Below are positions 1 to 13,425 of a DNA stretch of 64,000 nt, piece after piece. Location: assembly GCF_009914755.1 (NCBI RefSeq), contig NC_060926.1. One strand, written 5' to 3'. This DNA is from the human T2T-CHM13v2.0 reference genome, Homo sapiens. Under the pieces are notes generated by a model, which was not told the DNA's origin, did not search any database, and was given only the letters and a program-made list of their open reading frames with translations. The position numbers and the translations under genes were made by a program. Position 1 is the stretch's first letter; each line of letters starts with the position of its first letter.

Positions 1-513
1 GTGCGTTCTTCACAGAAAGGTGAGTTTCACTGTCTGTGCTATGTCCTTGTATCATGTGCACCTGAGTGCCCACTACTGGTAGCAGTGGTTGTAATGGAAA
101 CAGCTGTTCTAGCAGCAGCAGAAATGGGAACAGCAGCAGGGGTGCCCACAGCTGTGGCAGCAATCATAAATGTTACAAAAACAATCTGGACTATAATAAC
201 TATAGTAATAAAAGCAATATATGTGATTATTAAAAAATTTTGCTATAACCTGTGCCACTTATTATTTTGTCCCAACCACTATTATATTATGTATTACCTA
301 ATTTAGTCCTCCCAAACATAGCTATTATTACCATTACCACTTCATGAGTGAGAAGCTGAGCTTCTGACGGTATCTAACAACTGTTGATGCTAACCAAACT
401 CTCACTAGCCATCTCTCTCCCCAACATAATCTCCAAAGCCTTTTTGTCACCTCCTTCCCTCTACACTTGCTAGAACCCTGGCAAACTTCCCAGATTCCTG
501 CAATGATGCCTGC

Positions 514-551
514 AGCATCTCCTAGTGCCTGTAGCATCTCCTAGTGCCTGT
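514..551. repeat. 19-bp tandem duplication (AGCATCTCCTAGTGCCTGT)x2
   Basis: Two perfect adjacent copies read directly. Confidence 0.9.
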
Positions 552-719
552 GAATAGCACAGACATCCTCCTCACACAATTTAAATGGTGGCCGACTCAC
601 TCTGAGAATGACAAATGCGCTCCCATTTTCCTGTGTACACCACTTAACTCTGCCTACCTTCTCCATCTATATTTCCTTCCTGTCCTCTCCGTTCTCTTCT
701 TCTTCATTCTGAGGTATGA

Positions 720-920
720 TTTGGTGGAAAGAGCATAGATTGAGAATAAGAACTGGAGTTCACTCCTGCTTATTTGGCCATGTGACTTTGGGCAGGTCCT
801 TTTCACCTCTCACATTTCCATCTGTAAAGTGTGACAGTAACACCTGCTCTACCTGTCTTCAAGAACAATTGTTTGGGACAAATATGGAAGCATAAATGAA
901 AGTGATCTGAAAGCTGTGAA
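720..920 (+). mobile_element. MIR SINE fragment
   Basis: MIR core-like tgtgactttgggcagg...catctgtaaa. Confidence 0.6.
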
Positions 921-1334
921 AGAATATTGGCTGTGTTTGTATTTAATTCTCACTACTCTTAGGCTCTTCACACATACACGCCCCTTCTCAGGGCAGGGAG
1001 GGTTTACTGTAGTGAAAGAAAGCCCTGGTTCTCACCCACTGCCAGCACCTTGATGGATCGGAAAAGAAAACATGAAGACAGGTGAATAGGCAATGGCAAT
1101 GAACTAACTACTGTAATTATTTTCCTTCTTTCTGTAGGCATCCATAGGCTTTTCCTCCATTTCACCCAAATTAACGGCAATGCAGAAACAACCTTCAATA
1201 CCCATCTGCACCCCACCCCACCTACAGGACACTCTCTTCACTCCTGATTTCACTACATACTTCTAAAATGTCCAGTCTTCCGTAGCCACAATAATCATTC
1301 TCCTTATTTACATGACAATCACACTGCCACTGCT

Positions 1335-1540
1335 GACTGAGCACCTGCTATGTGTCAAACACGGCACCAGACATCCTGCACAGATCATCTCTCATCCTCA
1401 CAGCAACACAATGTAAGTATTGTCAGCTCTGCCTTACAGGTTAGGCTCAGAGAGATTAGGCAGCTCACCCAACAAAAGATACAGATATAGCTCTTGCTGT
1501 TTCCAGACCAGGCATAGAGACTGGGGCAGCAGGTGCACCT
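1335..1540 (-). mobile_element. MIR SINE fragment
   Basis: ctcatcctcacagcaac...ttacagg..aggctcagagag matches the reverse MIR core. Confidence 0.6.
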
Positions 1541-1589
1541 CCACTTCCTGCCTAAATCTGCTAGCAAAGTGGTTTGTATTGTTTTGGTT

Positions 1590-2295
<706 letters not shown>

Positions 2296-2529
2296 AACAA
2301 GGTGTTTTTATACACAAGATTTCTATCATTCTATCTATTAATAAAATTCCTCATTAATAGCCTATGAATGTAGAGCCATGACATAAAGTATAAATGTTTC
2401 CTTGAAAAAAGATTAATGATTCAATACAGTAAATATATTCACTTTATCTTTTAATGTTTAATGTAATCAGTGAATGTAAATAAATCCATCCTATTAAGAA
2501 GTGATACTTGTGTTTACAATAAAGAAACT

Positions 2530-3130
2530 GGAAGGTCCCACCTTATGCATATGATCAAAGTGAACGTTGCCAGTAAAGGAATAAATCAATACCATGTGCC
2601 TCTTAATATGATACAGAAAAGAACCCAACATCACTTCTGAGGTATGTCTATCAAAGAGTGCATAAACTGAATCTGATCATTCAGAAATATCACACAGACC
2701 TAAACGGAGGGACATTCTATAAAATAACTGGCCTATACTCTTCAAAGGAGTCACAGATGGGAAAAGAAACACTGTTCTAGATTAAAAGAGACTACAGGAG
2801 GTGTAACAACTCAATAATTCTGAACTGAATCCTGGACCAGATACATGACATGAATGGGAAAATTGGCAAATGTAGCAAAATTCAAATAAGATCTAAAAAA
2901 TAATAGTATTACATCGATGTTCTTTTCCTAATTTTGAAAACTGTACTGTTGCTAGGTAAGAGAGTATCCTTGTTTTTAGGAAATATACAGTGAAGTATAT
3001 TTAGAGGTAAAGGGCATTCTGTCTGCAACCTACTGTGGAATGTTTCAAAATAAAGAGTAAGAGAAAACACATACGAAAATTCTTGGCACTATTTTTCTAA
3101 CTTTTTTGTAAGTCTGAAATTATTTCATAA
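2530..3130 (+). mobile_element. Ancient L1M (L1MC/ME-like) 3' fragment
   Basis: Motifs gacattctataaaataactggcc, gaatcctggaccag and ttgtttttaggaaatatac typical of old L1M 3' ends. Confidence 0.6.
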
Positions 3131-3145
3131 GAAAAAGTAAAAACA

Positions 3146-3449
3146 AGCCAGGCACCAATGGCTCATGCCTGTAATCCCAGCACTTTTAGAGGCCCAGGTC
3201 AGAGGATCACTTAAGGTCAGGAGTTCAAGAGAGCCTGGCCAACATGGTGAAATCCCGTCTCTTCTAAAAATATAAAAATTAGCCGGGCATGGTGGCGGGC
3301 ACCTGTAATCCCAGCTACTCAGGAGGCTGAGGCAGGAGAATCGCTTGAACCTGGGAAGCGGAGGTTGCAGTGAGTGGAGATCACGCCATTGCACTTCATC
3401 CAGCCTGGGCAAAAGAGCGAGATTCCATCTCAAAAAAAAAAAAAAAAAA
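3146..3449 (+). mobile_element. Alu (AluS-like)
   Basis: Full dimer, poly(A) tail, TSD about AAAAAGT(T)AAAAACAA. Confidence 0.95.
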
Positions 3450-3954
3450 GTTAAAAACAAACAGGACAAGTTCTCAACACTTGTAAGTATTAAATAAATG
3501 TGAATTGAAATATTCCTACCCACTGATTCCTAAGCATATCAGTGGATCCAGTGGGGCCAAGGGCCTTGGGGCCTTGGCATGAAACCAATCTTATAGCCTA
3601 ATATTAGAAATTCTGGGACCCACAAATAACATCCCAGTCTTTCCACTTCACAGCGGTTCCATCCAAAGACAGCAGCGATGTGATACCCTTTACCTCCTTC
3701 TGATAATGACTAAACATTGTACTGTTTAGTTAATTGCTTACTTAATTTCATGATTAAGAAAGTTCAAGCAATAACCCTCCAGTAAATCTACTTCCAGTGA
3801 AAACACAGGCAACCATAAGAAGGGAAAGAACTGCCTATTACATGTTTCCTCTTCATTCCCTCCTATGGCCAATATGTTTTTTGGATGAGCAGTGAGCATT
3901 CAGACATTTGCATAGCTACGAGCCCCTTGCCCTCTGTCCTGCCATATGTGGGTT

Positions 3955-4258
3955 ATATTTTTTATTTCTATTTTTTTGAGGCGGAGTCTCGATCTGTTGC
4001 CCAGGATAGAGTGCAGTGTCACGATCCTGGCTCACTGCAACCTCTGCCTCCCGGATTCAAATGATTCTCCTGCTCAGCCTCCCGAGTAGCTGGGTTTACA
4101 GGCAAGTGTCACCACGCCTGGCTAATTTTGTATTTTTAGTAGAGACAGGGTTTCACCATGTTAGCCAGGCTGGTCTTGAACTCCTGACCTCAAGTGATCC
4201 TCCCACCTCGGCCTCCCAAAGTGCTGGGATTACAGGTGTGAGCCACTGCGCCCAACCC
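3955..4258 (-). mobile_element. Alu (AluS-like)
   Basis: Full reverse dimer; TSD ATATGTGGGTT / ATATGTTGGTT. Confidence 0.95.
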
Positions 4259-4396
4259 ATATGTTGGTTTTAGAAAGCCACAGAAAGCATATGAATATGA
4301 GTGTGAGTGTGGTGCCTCAAGTATGTTATCACTAACATAAAACTTAGACATCAGCCAATTCTGAGGGTTAAATGTTCCTGTAGAAGATGCACACAG

Positions 4397-4789
4397 ATTA
4401 TGAGACCATCATTCTCAGCAAACTAACACAGCAACAGAAAACCAAACACTGCATGTTCACTCATGAGTGGGAGTTGAACAATGAGAACACATGGAGACAG
4501 GGAGGGGAACATCACATACTGGGGTCTGTAGGGGGGTGGGGGACTAGGGAAGGGACAGCATTAGGAGAAATACCTAATGTAGATGATGGGTTGATGGGTG
4601 CAGCAAACCACCATGGCACATGTATACCTATGTAACAAACCTGCACGTTCTGCACATGTATCCCAGAACTTAAAGTATAATAATAAAACAAAAGAGTTGA
4701 TGTGAAACATGGGTAAAAATAGCAAGATACTGTCTGTAATACAAAGAAAAGGATATAATAAGAACTGATTTTGATAATCAAAAAAAAAA
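4397..4789 (+). mobile_element. 5'-truncated L1PA (L1PA7-like) 3' end with probable 3' transduction
   Basis: L1 3'UTR at about 4402-4693, then 86 bp of non-L1 sequence, then poly(A); 15-bp TSD AGAAGATGCACACAG at 4382-4396 and 4790-4804. Confidence 0.9.
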
Positions 4790-6695
4790 AGAAGATGCAC
4801 ACAGCCCTAAGCATCTACATTCAATTTTAACTGAACCATTGACTCCCTTCCCCACCTAATGAATTCAGTACAGTAAAAGATGGAACACCACGTGGTTAAG
4901 CTTTCAAACCCCAAGACATGGCTGGAGACAGGTCCCTCAGAAAGTCACAGGAGAGGCAGCGATGGCTACAAAGCCTTTTATTCTCATGCACAAAGATAGT
5001 GAAAACTTGAAAAAAAAGTTATACAGCTGCACTTAGCTCTGTTCTCATGGGTCATTACTAGCATGTTCTCATTTAGAATATATAGAGTGTCTTGAGGTCC
5101 AGGAACATCCAATCTTATATTACCCTTCACCACATGCCTGGGCCCCTCAGACTAGAGCCAAAGAAAATCAAGATGATCCCTAAACAACACTGTCAGCAAA
5201 AGAACCCAGAATGGACCAAATATTCTGCCTGTAGGAAGAAAATAAATATCCTCAGTTTCTACAATTACCACACACCCAAAAAAAATGTTTTGCATACTAA
5301 ATTACCAAAGAGGCCATGTCGATCTTTTTCCATTTTCTATTTTTTCGTGATTTAGAGGAGTCAATCCGGATGAAGACAAGATCACCTACCCTCGTGGAAT
5401 TATGTGGCTCCCAACAAAAACATCACATTTTGGCCAAACATGAGTATGACGGGCCTCTGCTTCTCTCCTGCTAAAGGGCAGCACTGGTGGGCTCCATGGG
5501 GCTTTCTAAGAACAGCCACAATACCAGCCCCTCTTCTCCTTTAAATATGAAAATTGTTCACATTAAAGAAAAATGCACATTGAAAATTATCTCTTAATGT
5601 TGGTTAGCAGAAGAGAGGAGAAGAGAATGCTGTTTATGACAGCAAAATTCTAATCAACATGGTTGCCTCCATGCCCAAGAGCCCTGCCCACAGGCCCAGG
5701 TATCATTTAAACACTCATGTGTCAATGGACTGTCTGTTTCTCTTTGAAAAACAGCGAACTGATAAGACAAAAATCAATGGATCAACATCAACGAGTAGCC
5801 TCTGAGGAGCAATCTATACCACAGAAGCCAGAGCAAGATCAACTGGGAGGCGCCACAGTGAAGAGGAGAATGGCTGAGATCTCAATCAAGACAGTCTAAG
5901 AACAAATAAATTAACGACTCCCCTGAACCAATTCTTAAACAGAAGTTACTTAAACACTGGAACAACCTAAGACAAGCAGAGAATCCTACAATAAACGTTT
6001 TCATTTCATTGCACAGGGTGATTAAAATCACATTTACTTTCCAGCAGCCACGTCTACACGAAGTTTCCCATAAGGATGATCATGGTTGTTTATCAGAATC
6101 ACAAGCCAGAGCGGGGCTTGCGGGGAGACTACCCACTATTAACAGGAATCCTAGGAACACGTGTATGCCAAGCATTGTGGGGGTTCAAATGAGTGGAAAA
6201 CAGTTTCAAAGGGCTTTTCCTTGGCATGTGATCATTTGGTCAGTAAACATTTGTGGGCACTTACTATGAATGAGAAATGAGCCATGATCGATGCTGTCCC
6301 GGGCAGAGTATGTCAAAGAACCTACAGGTGAGGGGTGGAGTATAGCTGATAACCCAATTGCTCATTAAAATTAGAATTATGATCGGAAAACAGCCAATAT
6401 TATGAAACTAGAGAGCCAGGATAACAGCAAAACAGGCCACTCTCTTTTCTCTAGGATGCTTAAAGAACTAATTTGCATTCTCCCTTCACTCCTATGTGAC
6501 ACTGAGCTGTGCGGCCACCTTGCATTTGAAGGGATGGATGATGGAACAAGACCTGAGGTTCATCTAAAAGCAAAGAGCAAGTAAATGGCAGAAGACATGG
6601 TTGAAAAATCACATCTCACGAAACTCTAGTTGCTTATTGTTTAAGATAGATGCAAACTGGGGTTTGGAATGCACAGCACACTAATATGTAATAAG

Positions 6696-7006
6696 TTTTT
6701 TGTTGTTGTTTGTTGTTGTTGTTGTTTTGAGACAGGGTCTTGCTCTGCCGCTAGGCTGGAGTGCAGTGGCACAATCTCGGCTCACTGCAACCTCTGATTC
6801 CCTGGTTCAAGTGATTCTCCTGCCTCAGCCTCCCGAGTAGCTGGGACTACAGGTGCCTACCACCACGCCCAGCTAATTTTTGTGTTTTTAGTAGAGATGG
6901 GGTTTCACCACATTGGCCGGGATGGTCTCGATCTCCCGACCTTGTGATTCACCTGCCTCGGCCTCCCAAAGTACTAGGATTACAGGTGTGAGCCACCACA
7001 CCCGGC
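6696..7006 (-). mobile_element. Alu (AluS-like) with (TTG)n tail
   Basis: Reverse Alu dimer. Confidence 0.95.
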
Positions 7007-9099
7007 CAAGTAATTTTTTTCTTCAAAGAAATGAAGGTTACAGCCTGAACAGATTCTTCATTTTTTCAAATTTCAAAAAGCTCCAAAGGAAAGTATGGGT
7101 TACACAGTGGGAAGCACAGATGGTTCAGTTTGGCTGGAGGTTAGAATATAAGACTGGAAGTTGAAATAGTGCCATAAATTCGAGGCTAAGGATCTTGGTC
7201 TTTATTAGACAGGAACTATTTTTTAAATTTCTATTTTTTCATTTATTTGCTCTTCTGGTTGTTTTTGTTTAATTTTGGAAACCACTTTTGAGCAACTAAG
7301 ACCAGAAAGTTAAATCTTGTTAGAAATGCCTAAGAAAGAATAGAAAGGGGGAATGGAGGGAGAACAGTTAGAAATTTATTGCAATTGTCCAGTTAAAAAT
7401 AGTGGAGAAAAAGGTTTCAACCAAAATTGCAGAAGGAATCATAGGGAAGATGTGGAGAGTGGTTAGATGGGGAAGACAAGGTAGGGAAGGAGGGCTCACA
7501 TATAGTCCCAGGGTTCTGAGGCTGGGGGGCTCGGAAAGAAATACAGAGCACAGGAAGGTTAGGCTTGGGAGGGAAGGTGGGCCCTGTGGAGTCACTGTGA
7601 TAGGGAGGCTGGCAGGCCACTTAACAAGGAGCTGGAGTGTGAGGCCAAAGCTGCAGAGAGAAAGCAGCCTAGAAAACACCTCTCAGGGACCAGCTAACAG
7701 GATGGGATCAGATGACACTTCCAGCAAAAGAAGTGTGGGCCCAAAAATAAGAAAAAGAAAAAGTCCTTTGAGGACATGTACTATATAAGCTAATGGCTTT
7801 TGAACAGCTTTCTCAACTCTGGCTGACATTTTAAATACTTGATCAAAAGACCCCACGCCAGACTCCAACACTCCTGGGAATCTCTCCAGGCATCTCTTTC
7901 AGTCTTCTGATAGGAGTCCTCAAACTCTGGTGCCCTCAAACTGAAGATTTAGCTTTTCTGTGCTTCCCCTTCAGATATTCCACTCTGATGGACTGTCTGC
8001 TCAGCGCTCCCTGTCCCCTCAGAGACCAACTGGGCTCATATCTCCAAAGTCAACACATCAATCCTCCCCAGCCACAGCGCAGAAACCAGCCCACCCCACA
8101 TAATTCTTCTGGTCCAGGAGAGAAGCTCAGATACCTTCACAGAATGGGACATTTCTTAAAGTCCACTTGAAAATCTGTTTAAAACAATTCTAAAGCATCA
8201 GCTAATGCATTTTCTACAGAATATTTTAGAAAAGGCAGTATCTGGAATTTAATATTCAGTTATGTATACCTTGGCAAGATGAGATACAATCCCTAAAGCA
8301 CATTTCTTTGCCATTTTTATTTACAGCACAGACAACACAGATTCATGTCAGCTTTCTCTGTAACTGTAAATGGGGGTGAAGAACCTCCTTTTTAAAATAT
8401 GTGACTATATACATATTTTTAATTATAAATATCTAATATAATTTAAAAACCAAACTAAACCAAACCAGAGGTTAAATTGTATTAGGTTTCATACCACAAT
8501 GAAATCTGTAATTACAAATAAATAAGTCTCTGGAAAAATACATAAATAAATAAATACATACATACATGCCATTTTAGAAATCTAAAACCTAAAATGGAAG
8601 ATTGTTCAGCTAATCATTACCATAATTCAGTTAACATAAGGTAAACTAAAAAAGGGACCATAGGTCTTTCATGAGGAAAGAATGCTATCTCACAGCTATT
8701 CAAACCATTAAAAGTTGTGTTTTTTATCTTCATCGTTACAAACTTTATCTAAAAAGTGAGCATGCCTCTTCTGTAAAACCCAAAGGAAAGACGTTCAAGG
8801 ATATTTTACCTCTCCAGTATTTAAACCTCATCACATCCCCTCCTTTCTGACCTTCTTTAAGCAAAGCTGATAAAGGGAAAAATGAAATCATTTGAGATTC
8901 AAATTGTTTCCACACCCAAATGTATAACAACCAGCTGAGATAACGAAAAGGCAAATGCAGTTATCTGAGTAATCACTAATGAGATATAGCGTCTGAATAG
9001 TATATCCTGCATATGTGGAAATCTTTTTCCAATTTTTCTATGGGTTTCATTTCCCTGGGGATTGGTTCCTACAGGGTCATGAAGGCTAATGGCACTTAC

Positions 9100-9165
9100 C
9101 TTTTTGGCTCTTTGGGCTATGTCTGGTGTTCTTGTAAGCAGCTTCTCAATCAGGTACTCTCTGTT
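9100..9165 (-). CDS. STK39: STK39 exon 10 (66 nt): [22 protein letters not shown]
   Basis: Acceptor gttttgcAG|AAC, donor AAG|GTAAGT; 103-nt intron separates it from exon 9; lies in ORF 8899..9213. Confidence 0.95.
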
Positions 9166-9268
9166 CTGCAAAACAAATATTCCCAACAGTTTAACATCAA
9201 ATGTGATACACATAAATACACAGTGATTTCAAAAATAGCAGATTTACTTGGGTTTTTAAGCATGTTAC

Positions 9269-9317
9269 CTTGGCTTTCTGGAAGAATTTGCATTTTAAAA
9301 GTTCTGCTGCTGTGGGC
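9269..9317 (-). CDS. STK39: STK39 exon 9 (49 nt): (R)PTAAELLKCKFFQKAK
   Basis: Acceptor tctttcAG|G, donor AAG|GTAACA; phase 2 to 0. Confidence 0.95.
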
Positions 9318-9869
9318 CTGAAAGATCAATAATAAATTAGAGTTGAAACAATGACCACTTAATAAATGCACTGCCTTGATGAAACAACTTAACCTTAAGA
9401 GTATTTCTGGAAGACCAATTTTAGGAATAGCAAAACTGGGAACCAAATTAATCATAGGCTGGCACCAAATAAAATAGTGCCAATTTTCCAGTTCTTTCCA
9501 AATACCTCTACTGCAAAACACATAAACTCCTGTACATTAAGTGCTTGGGGCGTAATCAATTTTCCATCCTTCATCCTTACACTTAACTAAGTGAATTTAG
9601 TGTTTCTAAAAGGGGGCAGACTGACACATCTGTGAGCTAAATTTCTATATTTATTAAGAAACCATACAAGCTACCATATGACCCTGTCAAAGAAAGTATA
9701 CTCTACTATGCTCTATGCTTCCCCAAGAGCAGCAGGTACTGCAAGGGGTCCACACATCGTGTCCACGCTCTGTTTGCCTGCTCAATAAACCTGTCTCAAG
9801 TGCATATGGACTGCTGTTTGCCAGGTGAAGGTAAATGCGATCGTGATTAATAAAATGCAAATTCATTTA

Positions 9870-10340
9870 GAAGCATTACCAGATGGTGTGATTATTTCCT
9901 CATGGTGTCATTCAACTTGCTTCTCTAGCCCATATTTCCTGTAAACTCTAAGTGAGGTCTGAAGGCTTCAAAGAGATTTAATTAAGCATTTGGGGCAAGA
10001 ATACTTCATAGATGATGGCACACACTTCTTACAGCAGCACCTCAGAGGCAGGTCCTGTTAGGTCATTCCACTGTTAGTGATGCTAAATTTAACCATCAGT
10101 CCCCAGGCACCAAATCTCTCCCTTGCAAAGGTCATGTTTTCCCCCACTGCAATTAGCAAGTGTTCTGTTGGGTAATACTTTGACATTTTATGAATATCCT
10201 GTTCCTGAAAACCTTTCTGCTAATTGTGTTCATATCTTTGCCTTCAATAGTTATTTCATAGGAAGTAGCAGAATACTGAGTTCCTACTTCTATCTTCCTT
10301 GTTTACTGACTGACATTCTTACACAAAGAATAGCTTCCTT
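9870..10340 (-). mobile_element. Ancient L1M fragment
   Basis: Motifs ggcaagaatacttcata, gtgatgctaaattt and atatcctgttcc resemble L1MC/ME 3' sequence. Confidence 0.45.
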
Positions 10341-10479
10341 CATCAATAGTTCCTTCCAAAAAGGCAGCCATGAGAAAGAATCAAATAACGGGAGTATAGG
10401 GTTGCTCAGCAAGACAACTGGCCTGATCTCTTTCAGGGGGACTGAAGGAACTGTTCTAGACTCAACAGACTTTACAAAA

Positions 10480-10860
10480 CATTAAAACCAAATGTAACAC
10501 ACAGCCCTGGACTGGATCCTGGGCTTGAGAAAGAAGCCACAGAGGCTATAAAGGACATTTGGGAATCATTAGAGATGTGTGAATCTGCTAAATATTAGAT
10601 AATTTTAGGAACGTGCTCTTCATTTTCTTAGGTGTGGAAAAGTACTGTAGTTGTGTAGGAACATGTCCTTGTTTATAAGAAATGCAAGCTAAAGTATTAA
10701 GTCTTTTACTTTCAGAGTTCAGCAAATAAAACATAGATATCACAATTATAGAAAATGTGAATACTTGTTTAATCTGGGTGATGGTATAGAAGTAAACAAT
10801 GCACTACTTTTTCATCTTTTCCATATGTTTTAAATGTTTCATAATAAGATATTGGGAGAG
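10480..10860 (+). mobile_element. Ancient L1M fragment
   Basis: ctggactggatcctgg...aaaggacatttggga; similar to the 2530-3130 element. Confidence 0.5.
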
Positions 10861-13143
10861 AAAGGAGGAGGGATGCATTATTGAATATCATTAGGTATTA
10901 TCTTAGGCAACAATTACCAAACGCACAAATAATATTGTAGCAGGGGGTGGGGCGGGGCAAGTTGAAAAGGAATCCTCATGCTTGACACAATTGGAAACTG
11001 CTGCTTTGGAATCAGGAAGCTCCACTAAAATATTCCCAGGGATCAAACCCAAGCATAGAAAGAATTAGAAAATGTCATTACGTGCATCAGTACACAAACT
11101 GTGTAAGTCTACAGGGGCCCCAGAAACTATTTCTGTGCAAAGAAATTTTCTGTGTAAATCATTACTGCTTTTTTCCTCAGATTTCAAGTGGAACACTGGT
11201 TATGGGTAGGTACATGACAAAGAACCCTGGATCTCCGTATCTACCTGCTAATTGCTTTGAGTAACTAAGGGTCTAAACAACAGGTAGGCCATGAATCTGC
11301 ACCTTGTTAAATAGGCCCTAGAACTAAACACTACAGTATAACTCTTTCAAATGATTCAACTTTAGTTGTTATTTTAATGTATACTCTTCCTGATCACCAG
11401 CAGATGTTTTTGCCTCTAGCTATTCCAAATTCATCCTTTCACTCTCTCAGTAAATATTAACTAAGCACCCACTGTTTGTCAGGCATTATGCTAGGTGCTA
11501 GGCATACTATAATGAAGATGGCAGACATAAATAATCCTCCAACAAGTCACAATCTAGCAGGTAAGAGCAGTGTGCTGCTCAACGGCAAGAGGGGCAGCAG
11601 CACATTCAAACACCTTGGAAGGAGAAGGGCTCCTGAGGGAACATGTAGTAGAAACACTTTACATTGGACTCAGAAATGGACCAAAATGTCATGTTTGGGA
11701 ACCTCACAACATGAAACAACATTTTAAAAACTAAGAAGCATAGAAAATAACTTGGATTTTAATTTTTTTAATGTGAAAAGAACCCTAAGAAAATCAGAAT
11801 GATGAAAAAACTCAAGGCCCTGGTTCTGTTTGAAGCCCTCATCATCTCTGGCTAATATAGTTAAATAAAACAGCCCCTCAGCTAGTGTCTCACTACTTCT
11901 CCCTTGCTATTTCTAACCCATCATCCACCAACCCCACTGCTTCGCAAATTAGCGTCTTAAAAAAAAAATCTGATCCTCTTTTATCTATCCTGATGCATTT
12001 CAGTGGCCTGAGACAGAAGCAAGTATTCTAGGCCCTGACTCCTCCATCCTCATCTCCCCACACCCGCCGGAGATGCCACCCTTCAACTGCAACGATGTTC
12101 TCACTCATCTCTTGATCTTTCGTGACAAAGCACACACTGCTTTTCTTGCTTCCAAATTTTTCATAACCAACTGGCACACCCTCGCTCATCAGTCAAGAGC
12201 CAATTTAAATGTCATCTTCAAAGATACCTCTCCTAGCTCCTGCAAGTAGAAGGCATTGCTCCCTACTGGCACTCATGCACCATGCTACCCACCTTCCCAT
12301 CATGTATTTTTCTGTTCCCATGTCTCCCTGCCTCACTCCACTAGGATATGAGCCCTTCCAAGGCAGGGACCTCATAGAATTCCTTTGTATGTTTCCAATA
12401 CCTAGCACAGAACAGAAACTGCTACAGCTCAATTTCATACTATAATCAAATATGGGGGAAAGTGATGCTGCTACACATTTGGACACAGCACTACAACTCC
12501 TGGAGCTAGATTCAGTTAGCACCAAAATCTATGCATCTGTTCAATACAGCGGGGAACAGGAGAAAGACTTAATGAAAATGAGACTCGTGCTAGCAAAAAA
12601 AGAGGACAGAGGAAGTGCCAACGTAAGGAGGCAAAGTGCCTCCCTGTCTCCTCTGCACCATCCCCCCACCAAAAATCCTCCTCCCCACACAGGAAGGGTC
12701 AAGTGTAGGATGCTGTAGAGAGAAAGCTGGGAAGTACCAGGGATACCTTGAGATACGGGGCTGGGAAAATACTTTGCCTTCTCCAGCAAGGTCATTGCCA
12801 TGGTAACCAAAAATGTAAAAGGGAAAAGCATGCTGCAAAGAAAACTCCTTTCTCTGCACTCCACTCCACTCTCAGCCTTCATCAGTAAGTACAAAAACAC
12901 AATAAGGTAACAAAATAGAATTGGTTTAAACAACCCGCCTTCTTTTTTTATTGGCTTAATTGTTAAGTAATAGGTAATTCCAACTTTACACAGAGAATAA
13001 CTAAATAGCAGATTAGAGGTTTCTCTTTGCTCAAATCAGCTGAAGTGTTTATCACTTTGGGATAAAATCCTACATATGCCAAACTATCTCCATGAGAAAG
13101 AATGAAAGAATGGAACTGGAAGAAATTAAGAAAATGACAGAGG

Positions 13144-13425
13144 GGCCAGGAGCGGTGGCTCACACCTGTAATCCCAGCACTTTGGGAGGCCAGATCACTT
13201 GAGGTCAGGAGTTCAAGAACAGCCTGGCCAACATGGTGAAACCCCATCTCTGTTAAAAATACAAAAATTAGCCAGGCGTGATGGCGGGCACCTGTAATCC
13301 CAGCTACTCAGGAGGCTGAGGCAGGAGAATCACTTGAACCCAGGAGGCGGAGGTTGCAGTGAGCCGAGATCATGCCATTCCACTCCAGCCTGGGTGACAA
13401 AGCGAGACTCTGTCTAAAAAAAAAA
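13144..13425 (+). mobile_element. Alu (AluS-like) with a ~10-bp left-arm deletion
   Basis: 16-bp TSD AAGAAAATGACAGAGG at 13128-13143 and 13424-13439. Confidence 0.96.

Noticed and set aside
1-306. 101-aa + strand ORF rich in Ala/Val/Ile
   Set aside because: It runs through (AGC/AAT)n low-complexity sequence next to a MIR-like remnant, starts at GTG at the window edge, and resembles no protein family.
7368-7788. Overlapping 103-128 aa ORFs on both strands
   Set aside because: Purine-rich, probably L2-derived sequence with few stops; no recognisable domain or splice context.
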